From Candidatus Micrarchaeota archaeon (GTDB lineage: Archaea; Micrarchaeota; Micrarchaeia; Anstonellales; Anstonellaceae): a stretch of 22,883 nt of DNA. This document shows positions 1 to 8,133 of the stretch, piece by piece (position 1 is the first letter of the stretch; each line of letters starts with the position of its first letter). A program made the translations under genes and the position numbers. The notes below the pieces were generated by a model. It was not told where the DNA came from. It saw only the letters and a program-made list of their open reading frames with translations, and made no database searches. The stretch covers positions 1 through 22,883 of the forward strand of contig DUFS01000070.1 of the NCBI GenBank assembly GCA_013331805.1, given 5' to 3'.

Positions 1-108
1 ATACTACATCCGCAACTTTTAGCGGGAATCGGGCTGCAGCCCAATCCGGTCCGCTTGGAAGATTTATTTTGGGATAAACTTATATTCCTTCGAGCTAAAG
101 GTGAAGCG

Positions 109-618
109 ATGGAACTTCGTGGGCAGGGCGCGTCGGAATACCTCGTCTTACTCGGGGCGGTGCTTTTGGTTGCCCTGACTGTGGTGGTCCTCCTCAGCTA
201 TTTTACCGGATTTACCGGCGAGCTTACCGAGACCGAGTCCAGGACTTACTGGGCGGGCTATGCGAAGCCGTTTGCCATTTATGACGCAGTCCACAACCCT
301 TCAGGAGGGATGTGCGGCGGCGGAGGCCAGCAGGTCGAGCTTGTGATCAAGAACGCTGACAAATACCCCCTGAACCTGACCGCGATCTACCTCAACTCTG
401 ACACCAACCTCACCATATGCTCGCCTCCGAATACTGCGACCAGCCCTCCGTTCCGCTTCGCGCCCAACGAGGAAAAGGTGGTGGCCGTCAGGGTGGCTTC
501 CACCTTTTGCGAAGGGAAAACAAGGAACACTGTATGGGTGGTGCTGAGGTACGACAGCCCTTACATCCCCAACAGGGCGCAGAACGGCACCATCGAGCTC
601 TATGTGAACTGCGCCTGA
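109..618 (+). CDS. Class III signal peptide (archaeal type IV pilin-like) protein
   Basis: ATG at 109 with GGTGA SD at 100-104. N-terminus MELRGQGASEYLVLLGAVLLVALTVVVLL fits the K/R-G|Q-x-x-x-E plus hydrophobic helix class III signal. Beta-rich C-terminal domain with 4 Cys. Confidence 0.8.
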   Translation: MELRGQGASEYLVLLGAVLLVALTVVVLLSYFTGFTGELTETESRTYWAGYAKPFAIYDAVHNPSGGMCGGGGQQVELVIKNADKYPLNLTAIYLNSDTNLTICSPPNTATSPPFRFAPNEEKVVAVRVASTFCEGKTRNTVWVVLRYDSPYIPNRAQNGTIELYVNCA

Positions 619-658
619 GCGGGGCGCAATTAAATGCCTTTCTTGCGGAAAGTGCCTT

Positions 659-1084
659 ATGGCATGGAAAATTGACGAAACCGACCGCAAAATAATGGAA
701 ATCCTGCGGGAAAACGCAAGGATTGCGAATGAAAAGCTCGGGGAAAAAATCGGGCTTTCCGAGCCTGCGGCAAGAAGGAGGGTGGCCAACCTCATTTCCC
801 GCGGGGTGATCAGGCGCTTCACTGTGGACATTGAGGAAGGGGGCGCTGTGAGCGCCCTGGTCTACCTTTCAACCTCCCCGCATGCCAGCTCTGACAAGGT
901 TTTCAGGCAGCTTAAGGGCCAGGACGGCGTGGGAAGCGTCTGGGAGGTCTCGGGTGACATGGATTTCGCCCTGACTCTTGCGGCACAGGACATGGACGCC
1001 TTGAACAGGAGGGTGGACGAGCTTCGCGCGCTGGACTCCATCAGGAAAACCAAAACCAGCATAATCATGAAAAAATGGAAATGA
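659..1084 (+). CDS. lysM: Lrp/AsnC family transcriptional regulator, LysM-like lysine-responsive regulator
   Basis: AsnC HTH (IDETDRKIMEILRENAR...GLSEPAARRRVANL..GVIRRFTV) plus RAM domain (VWEVSGDMD...TKTSII); directly upstream of the lys genes. The symbol refers to the archaeal Lrp-type LysM, not the peptidoglycan-binding domain. Confidence 0.85.
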   Translation: MAWKIDETDRKIMEILRENARIANEKLGEKIGLSEPAARRRVANLISRGVIRRFTVDIEEGGAVSALVYLSTSPHASSDKVFRQLKGQDGVGSVWEVSGDMDFALTLAAQDMDALNRRVDELRALDSIRKTKTSIIMKKWK

Positions 1085-1130
1085 AAAAATTCGCGAAGAA
1101 TTTTTTCAGAAGTGGAAATGGACTTTCCAC
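1082..1130. repeat. Two tandem perfect inverted repeats after the regulator stop codon (possible terminator or operator)
   Basis: TGAAAAAATTC-gcgaa-GAATTTTTTCA (1082-1108) and GTGGAAA-tggac-TTTCCAC (1112-1130). Confidence 0.6.
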
Positions 1131-1250
1131 CAGGATAGCTATTTTTTCAGAATTGGAGCGAGCAACGCGAGCTTTGGTAAGATGAAGAAATGAAAGTAGG
1201 AATTCCCCTTTTTGGCGCATTTGATACATTTTGTCCCATTTGGATCGGAC

Positions 1251-1260
1251 TTTTTAAATA
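1251..1260 (+). promoter_or_regulatory. Putative TATA box of the lysX paralog
   Basis: TTTTTAAATA ending 22 nt before ATG 1283, with no clear SD; spacing typical of a leaderless archaeal transcript. Confidence 0.55.
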
Positions 1261-1282
1261 AGGGGAAAGACGACTCATTGCC

Positions 1283-2134
1283 ATGAAACTTGGCCTATGC
1301 TACACAGTCATTTCTCCCGAGAACAAGATGCTCCTTGAGGCAGCTGAAAAAAGGGGGGTTGAGTTCGTCAGGATTGTGGATGGCGAGTCTGTGCTGCAGC
1401 TCAGCGGGAAGCCGAAAGAAGAGCTGGACGTGCTTCTGCAGCGGTCGGTCTCGTATTCCAGGGGGCTGTGCCTCGCCTATTACTATGAGAAGTCCGGCTG
1501 CCAGGTGATAAACAGCTACCAGGCGGCAAAGGTGTGCGGGGACAAGATGCTCTCCTCCCTTGAGCTTGCTTCGGCGGGCGTGCCCACTCCGAAAACAAAT
1601 GTGTGCTTTTCGCCCGAGGCCGCAATGGATGCAGCAGAGGACATCGGGTTTCCGATAGTGATGAAGCCTGTGATGGGCTCCTGGGCAAGGATGGTGAACC
1701 GGCTCAATGACCATGAGGCCCTTTCTATGGCAGTGGGCTGCAAGGAGGAGATGGGAAACCCCTGGCAGAAGATCTACTACCTGCAGGAGCACATAGACAA
1801 GCCGGGGAGGGACATCCGGGCTTTTGTCGTGGGGGAGGAAGTGGTCGCGGCGATTTACCGGAACTGCACAAAGGAATCGGGCTGGGTTTCAAATGCTTCA
1901 AGGGGGGGGCATCCCACGGAATGCGCTGTGACTTCCGAACTATCCGAACTCTGCCTGAGGGCGTCCAAAATCGCAGGAGAGGGCATTTACGGCGTGGATT
2001 TGATGGAATCCGGAAACGGGCTGGTGGTGCACGAGATAAACCACACGGCCGAGTTCAAAAGCTGCGCCTCTGCCACTGGCATAGACATTGCCGGCTCGAT
2101 AATCGACTACGCGGTATCGCGCGCAAAAAGTTAA
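1283..2134 (+). CDS. LysX/ArgX-family ATP-grasp [LysW]-amino acid ligase, divergent paralog (copy 1)
   Basis: RimK/LysX motifs CGDK, KPVMGSWAR, QEHIDKPGRDIR, GVDLME, EINHT. Colinear with 2489-3340 (192/283 identical aa by hand count), but the loop reads WVSNASRGG. Confidence 0.9.
   Translation: MKLGLCYTVISPENKMLLEAAEKRGVEFVRIVDGESVLQLSGKPKEELDVLLQRSVSYSRGLCLAYYYEKSGCQVINSYQAAKVCGDKMLSSLELASAGVPTPKTNVCFSPEAAMDAAEDIGFPIVMKPVMGSWARMVNRLNDHEALSMAVGCKEEMGNPWQKIYYLQEHIDKPGRDIRAFVVGEEVVAAIYRNCTKESGWVSNASRGGHPTECAVTSELSELCLRASKIAGEGIYGVDLMESGNGLVVHEINHTAEFKSCASATGIDIAGSIIDYAVSRAKS
1744..1854 (+). repeat. 111-nt exact direct repeat shared with 2950-3060 (lysX paralogs)
   Basis: Base-by-base identity at offset 1206. 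Other exact blocks: 1529-1557, 1658-1696 and 1979-2046. Confidence 0.9.
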
Positions 2135-2244
2135 GACCTGGCAGGGCATTTTGGCGATTTTAGCAATAAAAGCACAATAAAACAACTAAAATAGGAATAT
2201 TTCATACAAAATGTTCGATATATTGCATAAATTTGGCGGAATGC

Positions 2245-2252
2245 ATATAAAA
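2245..2252 (+). promoter_or_regulatory. Putative TATA box of the lysWXYZJK operon
   Basis: ATATAAAA in an AT-rich intergenic region; AGGAGG SD at 2282-2287 precedes the lysW ATG. Confidence 0.5.
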
Positions 2253-2296
2253 TGAGCGATGCACAAGGACTATCTCAGGTCAGGAGGATTGATGGA

Positions 2297-2467
2297 ATGG
2301 GAAACGCAGAATGCCCGGAATGCGCAGGGATACTAAGCCTGGCGCCGAACACCGAGGCAGGCGAGATAATGTCCTGCCCTGACTGCGGCGCGCGGCTGGA
2401 AGTGCGCTCGGTCAATCCGCCCCAGCTTGCGGCAGCGCCGAAAGTGGAGGAGGACTGGGGCGAGTGA
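2297..2467 (+). CDS. lysW: Amino-group carrier protein LysW (56 aa)
   Basis: ATG 2297 after AGGAGG; CPEC...CPDC zinc ribbon and the diagnostic C-terminal EDWGE. Confidence 0.97.
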   Translation: MGNAECPECAGILSLAPNTEAGEIMSCPDCGARLEVRSVNPPQLAAAPKVEEDWGE

Positions 2468-2488
2468 GCGCCTGGCAAGTGGTTTAGG

Positions 2489-3340
2489 ATGCGCATTGGA
2501 ATTTGCTACACTTTAATCTCGGCGGAAAACAAGATGCTCTTTGACGCCGCAAAAAAGGGCGGGGTCGGGCTGCAGCGCGTTGTGGACAGCGAGTCGCTCC
2601 TGCCCATCACCCAGAAGGAAAGCAAGGAGCTGGATGTGCTGCTTCAGCGGTCGGTATCCTTTTCGCGCAGCCTGTGCCTGACCTATTATTTCGAAAGGCT
2701 GGGCACTGACGTGATAAACAGCTACAAAGCTGCCAAGGTGTGCGGGGACAAGATGCTCTCCTCATTTGAGCTTGGCGCATCAGGGGTTCCAACTCCTAAA
2801 ACATTCGTGGCATTCACGCCCGAATCCGCCCGCCTTGCGGGGAAGAGGCTTGGCTTTCCGCTTGTGATGAAGCCTGTGATGGGCTCCTGGGCAAGGATGG
2901 TGCACAAGATAAATGACGAGGACGCACTTGACGCGGCGCTGGAGTCTCGGGAGGAGATGGGAAACCCCTGGCAGAAGATCTACTACCTGCAGGAGCACAT
3001 AGACAAGCCGGGGAGGGACATCCGGGCTTTTGTCGTGGGGGAGGAAGTGGTCGCGGCGATCTACCGGAACTCGACTGAGAAGTCTGGCTGGATAACCAAC
3101 ACGGGAAGGGGGGGCACGGCAAGCAAGTGCGAGGTAACACCTGAATTGCGCGAAATCTGCCTCAAAGCAGTGAAAATAGTGGATGAGGGCATTTACGGCG
3201 TGGATTTGATGGAATCCGGAAACGGGCTGGTGGTGCACGAGATAAACCACACCACCGAGTTTAGGAATTCCATTGCCCCGACCGGCGTGGACATAGCGGG
3301 AAAGATGATCGGGTACGTTATTGCGAGGGCAAAAAAATAG
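2489..3340 (+). CDS. lysX: Alpha-aminoadipate--LysW ligase LysX (copy 2)
   Basis: ATP-grasp motifs with LysX-type signatures WITNTGRGG and EINHTTEFRN; lies between lysW and lysY. Confidence 0.93.
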   Translation: MRIGICYTLISAENKMLFDAAKKGGVGLQRVVDSESLLPITQKESKELDVLLQRSVSFSRSLCLTYYFERLGTDVINSYKAAKVCGDKMLSSFELGASGVPTPKTFVAFTPESARLAGKRLGFPLVMKPVMGSWARMVHKINDEDALDAALESREEMGNPWQKIYYLQEHIDKPGRDIRAFVVGEEVVAAIYRNSTEKSGWITNTGRGGTASKCEVTPELREICLKAVKIVDEGIYGVDLMESGNGLVVHEINHTTEFRNSIAPTGVDIAGKMIGYVIARAKK

Positions 3341-3344
3341 GGGG

Positions 3345-4403
3345 ATGCTGATCGTGGCAAAGAAAATTTCAATCATTGGTGCATCTGGCTACACCGGAGG
3401 GGAGCTTCTGCGCTGGGCTCTGATGCATCCTGAAATGGAAGTGTTCCAGATAACGTCCGAAAGGTTCGCAGGGCAATCTGCATACAAGCTCAACCCGAAT
3501 TTGCGCGGCTTCACAACACTCGCCTTTTCGCCTGTGAAACAGCTGTCCACGGACGTTGACGCGATATTCATCTGCACCCCGCACAAGACAGCCGCGCCCT
3601 ATGTTGCGCAATTCCTCGAGACCGGGGCAAAAATAATCGACCTGTCAGCGGACTTCAGGCTGAAAAACAAGGACACCTATGCAAAATACTATGCAGTGCA
3701 TCCGCATCCCGAGCTTCTGGAAAAGGCCGTTTACGGCATCCCCGAGCTTCACCGCGAGGAAATCAAAAACGCCAAGCTGGTGGCATGCGCAGGCTGCCTT
3801 GCAACATCAGTGATACTGCCGCTTGCCCCGCTTATCAAAAACAAATTGATATTGCCCGAGGGGATAATCGCGGATTCGAAAATCGGCTCGTCCGCAGGGG
3901 GGGCGGGCTTTGACATTTCCACCCATCACCCTGAGCGAAGCGGGACAGTGCGTTCCTACAAGCCTTCGGGCCACAGGCACACAGCGGAAATAGAGCAGGA
4001 GCTTTCGGCATTGGCACTCTCGCAGGTTTCAGTCGGGCTCACCCCCCACGGAATAGAGATGGTGCGCGGCATACTTTCCACTGTGCATGCACGGCTTTCA
4101 GGAAAAGCCGCGGACATCGACCTTTGGAAAGCCTACCGATCGTTCTTTGCAGGCTCGCCCTTTGTGCGGCTGGTCAAGGACCAGAACACCCTTTACCGCT
4201 ATCCTGAGCCAAAGCCACTGGTGGGCACCAACTTTGCGGACATAGGATGGGAAATCGATCCTGAAAAAGGAAGGGTAATTGTGATGTCCGCGATCGACAA
4301 TTTGGTAAAGGGAAGCGGGGGCCAGGCAATACAGTGCTTCAACCTGATGAACGGATTGGACGAAAAAACCGGCTTGTGGCACCCGGGGTTCCACCCGCTT
4401 TAG
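3345..4403 (+). CDS. lysY: [LysW]-aminoadipyl-phosphate reductase (ArgC family)
   Basis: IIGASGYTGGEL Rossmann motif, IIDLSADFRL, catalytic AGC, DNLVKG. Start is ATG 3345 or GTG 3354. Confidence 0.95.
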   Translation: MLIVAKKISIIGASGYTGGELLRWALMHPEMEVFQITSERFAGQSAYKLNPNLRGFTTLAFSPVKQLSTDVDAIFICTPHKTAAPYVAQFLETGAKIIDLSADFRLKNKDTYAKYYAVHPHPELLEKAVYGIPELHREEIKNAKLVACAGCLATSVILPLAPLIKNKLILPEGIIADSKIGSSAGGAGFDISTHHPERSGTVRSYKPSGHRHTAEIEQELSALALSQVSVGLTPHGIEMVRGILSTVHARLSGKAADIDLWKAYRSFFAGSPFVRLVKDQNTLYRYPEPKPLVGTNFADIGWEIDPEKGRVIVMSAIDNLVKGSGGQAIQCFNLMNGLDEKTGLWHPGFHPL

Positions 4404-4411
4404 TGATTCCC

Positions 4412-5197
4412 ATGCTTGTGCTCAAAATCGGCGGCAGCATGGCTGAGAGGTCAGGGCGCCTCGCAGAGGAAATTGCGGCCTTGGGAGAGAAAATTGTCAT
4501 AGTGCACGGGGGCGGACCGCAGGTCAGCGCGCTTGAAAAGGCCACTGGAAGGGAGCCGAGATACGTTTTTTCCAAGGACGGCTTCAAGACCAGGCATACC
4601 GATTCGGGCACAATGGAGAATTTCGTGATGGCGGTTGGCGGAGGGGTGAATTCCCTGCTGGTGAGGCAATTTCGCAAGGCGGGCGTGAACGCCGTTGGAA
4701 TTTCGGGCGCAAGCGGCATAGTGTTTGCTAAAAGGAAAATTCTGGTGAGCTTTGAAAACGGCAGGGAAAAAATCATACGCGATGATTTTTCCGGGAAAAT
4801 CCAGGAAATCGATTCTGCCCCCCTGCTTGCGCTCTTGCAGGCCGGCTTTGTTCCCGTGGTATCCCCCATTGCGCTTGGCGAGGAGTTCGAGGCATTGAAC
4901 GTGGACGGCGACCGCGCGGCTGCTGCAATGGCGGGCAGACTCAAGGCCGAAAAGCTCCTGCTGTTCACTGACGTGGAGGGCTTTTTTTCTGATTTCCCGA
5001 ATGGGTTGGTAAGAAGCGCAAGGAAATCCGACATTGCGGAATTCCAGAAAAAAGCATCCGCAGGCATGAAAAGGAAGCTGGTTGCCGCAGGGGAAGCGCT
5101 TGAAGGCGGCGTGCAGGAAGTTGTCATCTGCTCGGGCCTGGGGGAAAATCCCATGAAAAAAGCGCTTGAAGGCGGCGGGACGCACATTACAAAGTGA
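4412..5197 (+). CDS. lysZ: [LysW]-aminoadipate kinase (ArgB family)
   Basis: Starts MLVLKIGGS at ATG 4412; VIVHGGG, LNVDGDRAA, TDVEG, GMKRKL. Confidence 0.95.
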   Translation: MLVLKIGGSMAERSGRLAEEIAALGEKIVIVHGGGPQVSALEKATGREPRYVFSKDGFKTRHTDSGTMENFVMAVGGGVNSLLVRQFRKAGVNAVGISGASGIVFAKRKILVSFENGREKIIRDDFSGKIQEIDSAPLLALLQAGFVPVVSPIALGEEFEALNVDGDRAAAAMAGRLKAEKLLLFTDVEGFFSDFPNGLVRSARKSDIAEFQKKASAGMKRKLVAAGEALEGGVQEVVICSGLGENPMKKALEGGGTHITK

Positions 5198-6369
5198 TTG
5201 GCGTGGACACAAACGAAATAATCGGGCTTGAAAAAAAGTACGAGATGAACCTCTACCCCAAGCGCGGCATAGCCCTGGCAAGAGGGGAGGGCGAGTTCGT
5301 ATGGGACACGGAAGGCAAAAAGTACATCGACTGCACCACCGGAGTGGGAGTCGCAATACTGGGACATGCGCACCCTTCGGTGATCGCAGCAATTGAACGG
5401 CAGTCCAAGGCGCTGATGACCTGCTACCAGCCCTTTTGCCATGAGGAAAGGGCCAGGCTTGAGCAGAGGCTGGTTTCTCTTTTCGGAGTTAACGGAAAGG
5501 TAATGCTTTCAAACAGCGGCACAGAGGCAGTGGAAGCCGCGCTCAAGCTTGCGCGCAGGCATACCAAAAGGAAGGGATTTGTTTCGGCAATGAACGCCTT
5601 CCACGGAAGGAGCTCGGGGTCGCTTGCGCTCACCTTCAAGGAAAAATACCGCTCGCCCTTTGAGCCGCTGATTGGGCCGATAGCCCGCGTCCGCTTCAAT
5701 GATGCTGAATCGCTGAAAGGCGCGGTCAATTCCGATACAGCCGCGGTTTTCCTGGAGCCTGTGCAAGGCGAGGGGGGAATCCGGCCTGCAAGCCAGGAAT
5801 ACCTGAAGGCTGCGCGCGACATCTGCACTGACAGGGGCGCGCTTCTCATTATGGACGAGGTGCAAAGCGGCTGCGGCAGGACCGGCAAGTTCTTCGCATT
5901 CGAGCATTTCGGGGTGCAGCCTGACATTGCCTGCCTTGCAAAGGGCTTGGGCGGAGGGATGCCGATCGGGGCCACAATTGCCAGGGATGAGGTGGCGACG
6001 TTTGGCCCAATGGAGCACGGAAGCACGTTCGGGGGCAATCCGCTTGCCTGCGCTGCAGCCAATGCAGTGCTGGGTACAATTGAAAAGGATAGGCTGCTTG
6101 AAAAGGTGGCTTCAGACGGCGAGTATTTGTCGCATCGGCTAAAGGCTGCACTTTCCTCAAAATCCGAATTCCGAGAGGTGCGGGGCATGGGGCTCATGGT
6201 TGCAATAGAGCTCAAGGTCCCTTCAAAGGAGCCGCTTGCCTCGCTTGTGCAAAACGGGGTGCTGGCGCTCCCCGCAGGCGAGCAGGTGATCAGGCTGCTT
6301 CCGCCATTCATAATATCCCGGGCCTCGCTTGACACTGTTGTGCAAGCCATTGCAGGTGTTGTAAAATGA
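5194..6369 (+). CDS. lysJ: [LysW]-aminoadipate semialdehyde transaminase (class III PLP, ArgD family)
   Basis: NSGTEAVEAALK, FHGR, EPVQGEGG, DEVQSG, AKGLGGG (PLP Lys), HGSTFGGNPLACAAA; GTGA overlap with lysZ. Confidence 0.95.
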   Translation: MIGVDTNEIIGLEKKYEMNLYPKRGIALARGEGEFVWDTEGKKYIDCTTGVGVAILGHAHPSVIAAIERQSKALMTCYQPFCHEERARLEQRLVSLFGVNGKVMLSNSGTEAVEAALKLARRHTKRKGFVSAMNAFHGRSSGSLALTFKEKYRSPFEPLIGPIARVRFNDAESLKGAVNSDTAAVFLEPVQGEGGIRPASQEYLKAARDICTDRGALLIMDEVQSGCGRTGKFFAFEHFGVQPDIACLAKGLGGGMPIGATIARDEVATFGPMEHGSTFGGNPLACAAANAVLGTIEKDRLLEKVASDGEYLSHRLKAALSSKSEFREVRGMGLMVAIELKVPSKEPLASLVQNGVLALPAGEQVIRLLPPFIISRASLDTVVQAIAGVVK

Positions 6370-7430
6370 AGAGCATGGATACAGTCGAATTCCTGGACAG
6401 GCTGATTCAGACTCCAAGCCCGTCCTTCCACGAAAGGAAGGCAGCCGAACTCTCTTTATCCTACCTCAGGCAGTTCTCATTCGAGCGCGCGTGGATTGAC
6501 GCGGCGGGAAACGCTGTTGCAAGCAACTACGCGCATAAAAAAGGGATGCGGCCAGACCTTCTCCTGTTCGGCCACCTGGATACCATTGCCTCGCCCATGC
6601 CCTACTGGCGCGAAAGCGACAAGATACACGGAAGGGGCGCGGTGGATGCCAAGTCCTCGCTTGCAGCCCTTTTTTCAGCGGCAGGCACGGCGGACGTCCC
6701 TTACAGGCTGATGGTTGCCGGAGTAACAGAAGAGGAGGCGACGACTTCAAAGGGGACGCACCACCTGCTCACCTACGCGAGGCCGAAAATGGCGATTAAC
6801 GGAGAGCCTTCGAACACCAACGGGGTGACCGTGGCATACAAGGGCAGGATGGTGGTGGAATGCCGCACGCACGGCAAGGCCTCGCACGCTGGCATGGCAT
6901 CGGAAAACCCGATTGAGAGGACCTTTGAGTACTACGCCAAGCTGCGCGAGCATTTCCCGCTTCACAAGAACCGGTTCGAAAACGTGATACTCAACCTCAC
7001 GCACATATCGGCAGGGTCGCAGGACGCGCTCAATGTGGTGCCGGAAACGCTGGATTTTTTCATAGACGTAAGGCTTCCGCCCTCGATGAAGAACAGCGAG
7101 GTGGGGAATGTTTTCAGGCGCCTTGCCCCGCAGGGCGTGAGCGTGAAGGTGCATGAGAGCCTGCCCGGAGTGGAAACAGACGTCAACCATCCGCTTTGCC
7201 GCTCATTGGTGGGCGCGATACGCGACGCGGGCCTTCCCCCCCGCTATGTGAAAAAGCACGGCAGCGCGGACATGAATGTCACCATGCACGCAGGGATACC
7301 CACCATTGCATACGGGCCGGGGGACTCGTCACTGGACCACACGCAGCACGAGTTCGTGCTCTTGAAGGATTACGAAATGGCGATAGGGGTTCTGAAAAAG
7401 GCGGCAAAAAACCTCGAAGTTTATTTTTGA
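6366..7430 (+). CDS. lysK: [LysW]-lysine hydrolase (M20/ArgE family)
   Basis: GHLDT, GRGAVDAKS, TEEE, GEPS, YGPGDSSLDHT; overlaps the lysJ stop. Confidence 0.93.
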   Translation: MKSMDTVEFLDRLIQTPSPSFHERKAAELSLSYLRQFSFERAWIDAAGNAVASNYAHKKGMRPDLLLFGHLDTIASPMPYWRESDKIHGRGAVDAKSSLAALFSAAGTADVPYRLMVAGVTEEEATTSKGTHHLLTYARPKMAINGEPSNTNGVTVAYKGRMVVECRTHGKASHAGMASENPIERTFEYYAKLREHFPLHKNRFENVILNLTHISAGSQDALNVVPETLDFFIDVRLPPSMKNSEVGNVFRRLAPQGVSVKVHESLPGVETDVNHPLCRSLVGAIRDAGLPPRYVKKHGSADMNVTMHAGIPTIAYGPGDSSLDHTQHEFVLLKDYEMAIGVLKKAAKNLEVYF

Positions 7431-7435
7431 AAAAA

Positions 7436-8035
7436 TCAGACGCTCCTTATGAAATCCTTGAATATCTCAACGAGCCTGAGGTAGTCTGACTTGGAGACCC
7501 ATTCCTTGTCGGTGTGCTCGCCTCCTGAAAGGGGCGCGATTGACATTGTGGGCATGCCGGATACGGCGAGCCTGTTGTCGTCCGCAACCGAGGTGCCGTA
7601 CACGAACGAGACGCCGCCTGACTTTTTCTTTGCGGCCTTGGCAAGGAGCTTCACATACTTGTTTTCCTTGGGTGTCACGTAGGGGGCAAGGTAAGGGGTT
7701 GCCCTTTCCTTGAGCCTCACGGTTATCCTCTTCCCGTCAATCGCCCTGAACCTGCCTTTTTTGTAGAGCTTTTCTACGAAGCGCTGCGTTTCGGAAAGCG
7801 CGCTTTGGGGGGTCTGCGGGCTGACCAGGTGCCTGTCCAGCTCGATTGTTGCGCTGTCCGGGATGGAAAGCGAGGTGCTCTCTGCCGAAAGCTTGCGGAC
7901 GAACTGTGTGGGCTGGGGAAGCAGCTTGTGCGAGCCAAGGTTTCCATTCAGCTGCTCAAGCTCCTCGACCAGCCGTGCGGATTCCACTATTGCCGAAATG
8001 CCATTTTCCCAAGCGCGCCATCGTAGTCCACGCTC
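7436..8035 (-). pseudogene. 5'-truncated M20/ArgE-DapE family metallohydrolase (dimerisation and C-terminal part only)
   Basis: Open frame from an in-frame TAG (8038-8036): ENGISAIVESARL...IPDSATIELDRH...SVADDN...GGEHTDKEWV. The N-terminal HxD/DxK/EE metal-binding half is absent. Confidence 0.7.
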
Positions 8036-8133
8036 CTAACGCTTTTAATAATGCAGTGCATGCCAGTTCGCCCGGTCCTGTTTTGTTTTATTGAAGCGGC
8101 CTTTCCAGCCAATGCAGCGTCGCCATAAGCGGA

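Noticed and set aside
1..54. Possible 3' end of an upstream CDS (YYIRNF*, stop at 20-22) and palindrome GGGCTGCAGCCC (31-42)
   Set aside because: Too little sequence to support a call.
1283..2134. Labelling copy 1 as argX
   Set aside because: It lacks the ArgX-type loop residues and is far closer to the adjacent lysX; no argF/G/H in the window.
1283..3340. lysX repeat pair as a diversity-generating retroelement TR/VR
   Set aside because: Differences are not adenine-specific, both copies are full genes, and no reverse transcriptase is present.
4339..6431. Long minus-strand ORFs (4339-5442, 4451-5392, 5424-6431)
   Set aside because: Antisense shadows of lysZ/lysJ with no recognisable motifs.
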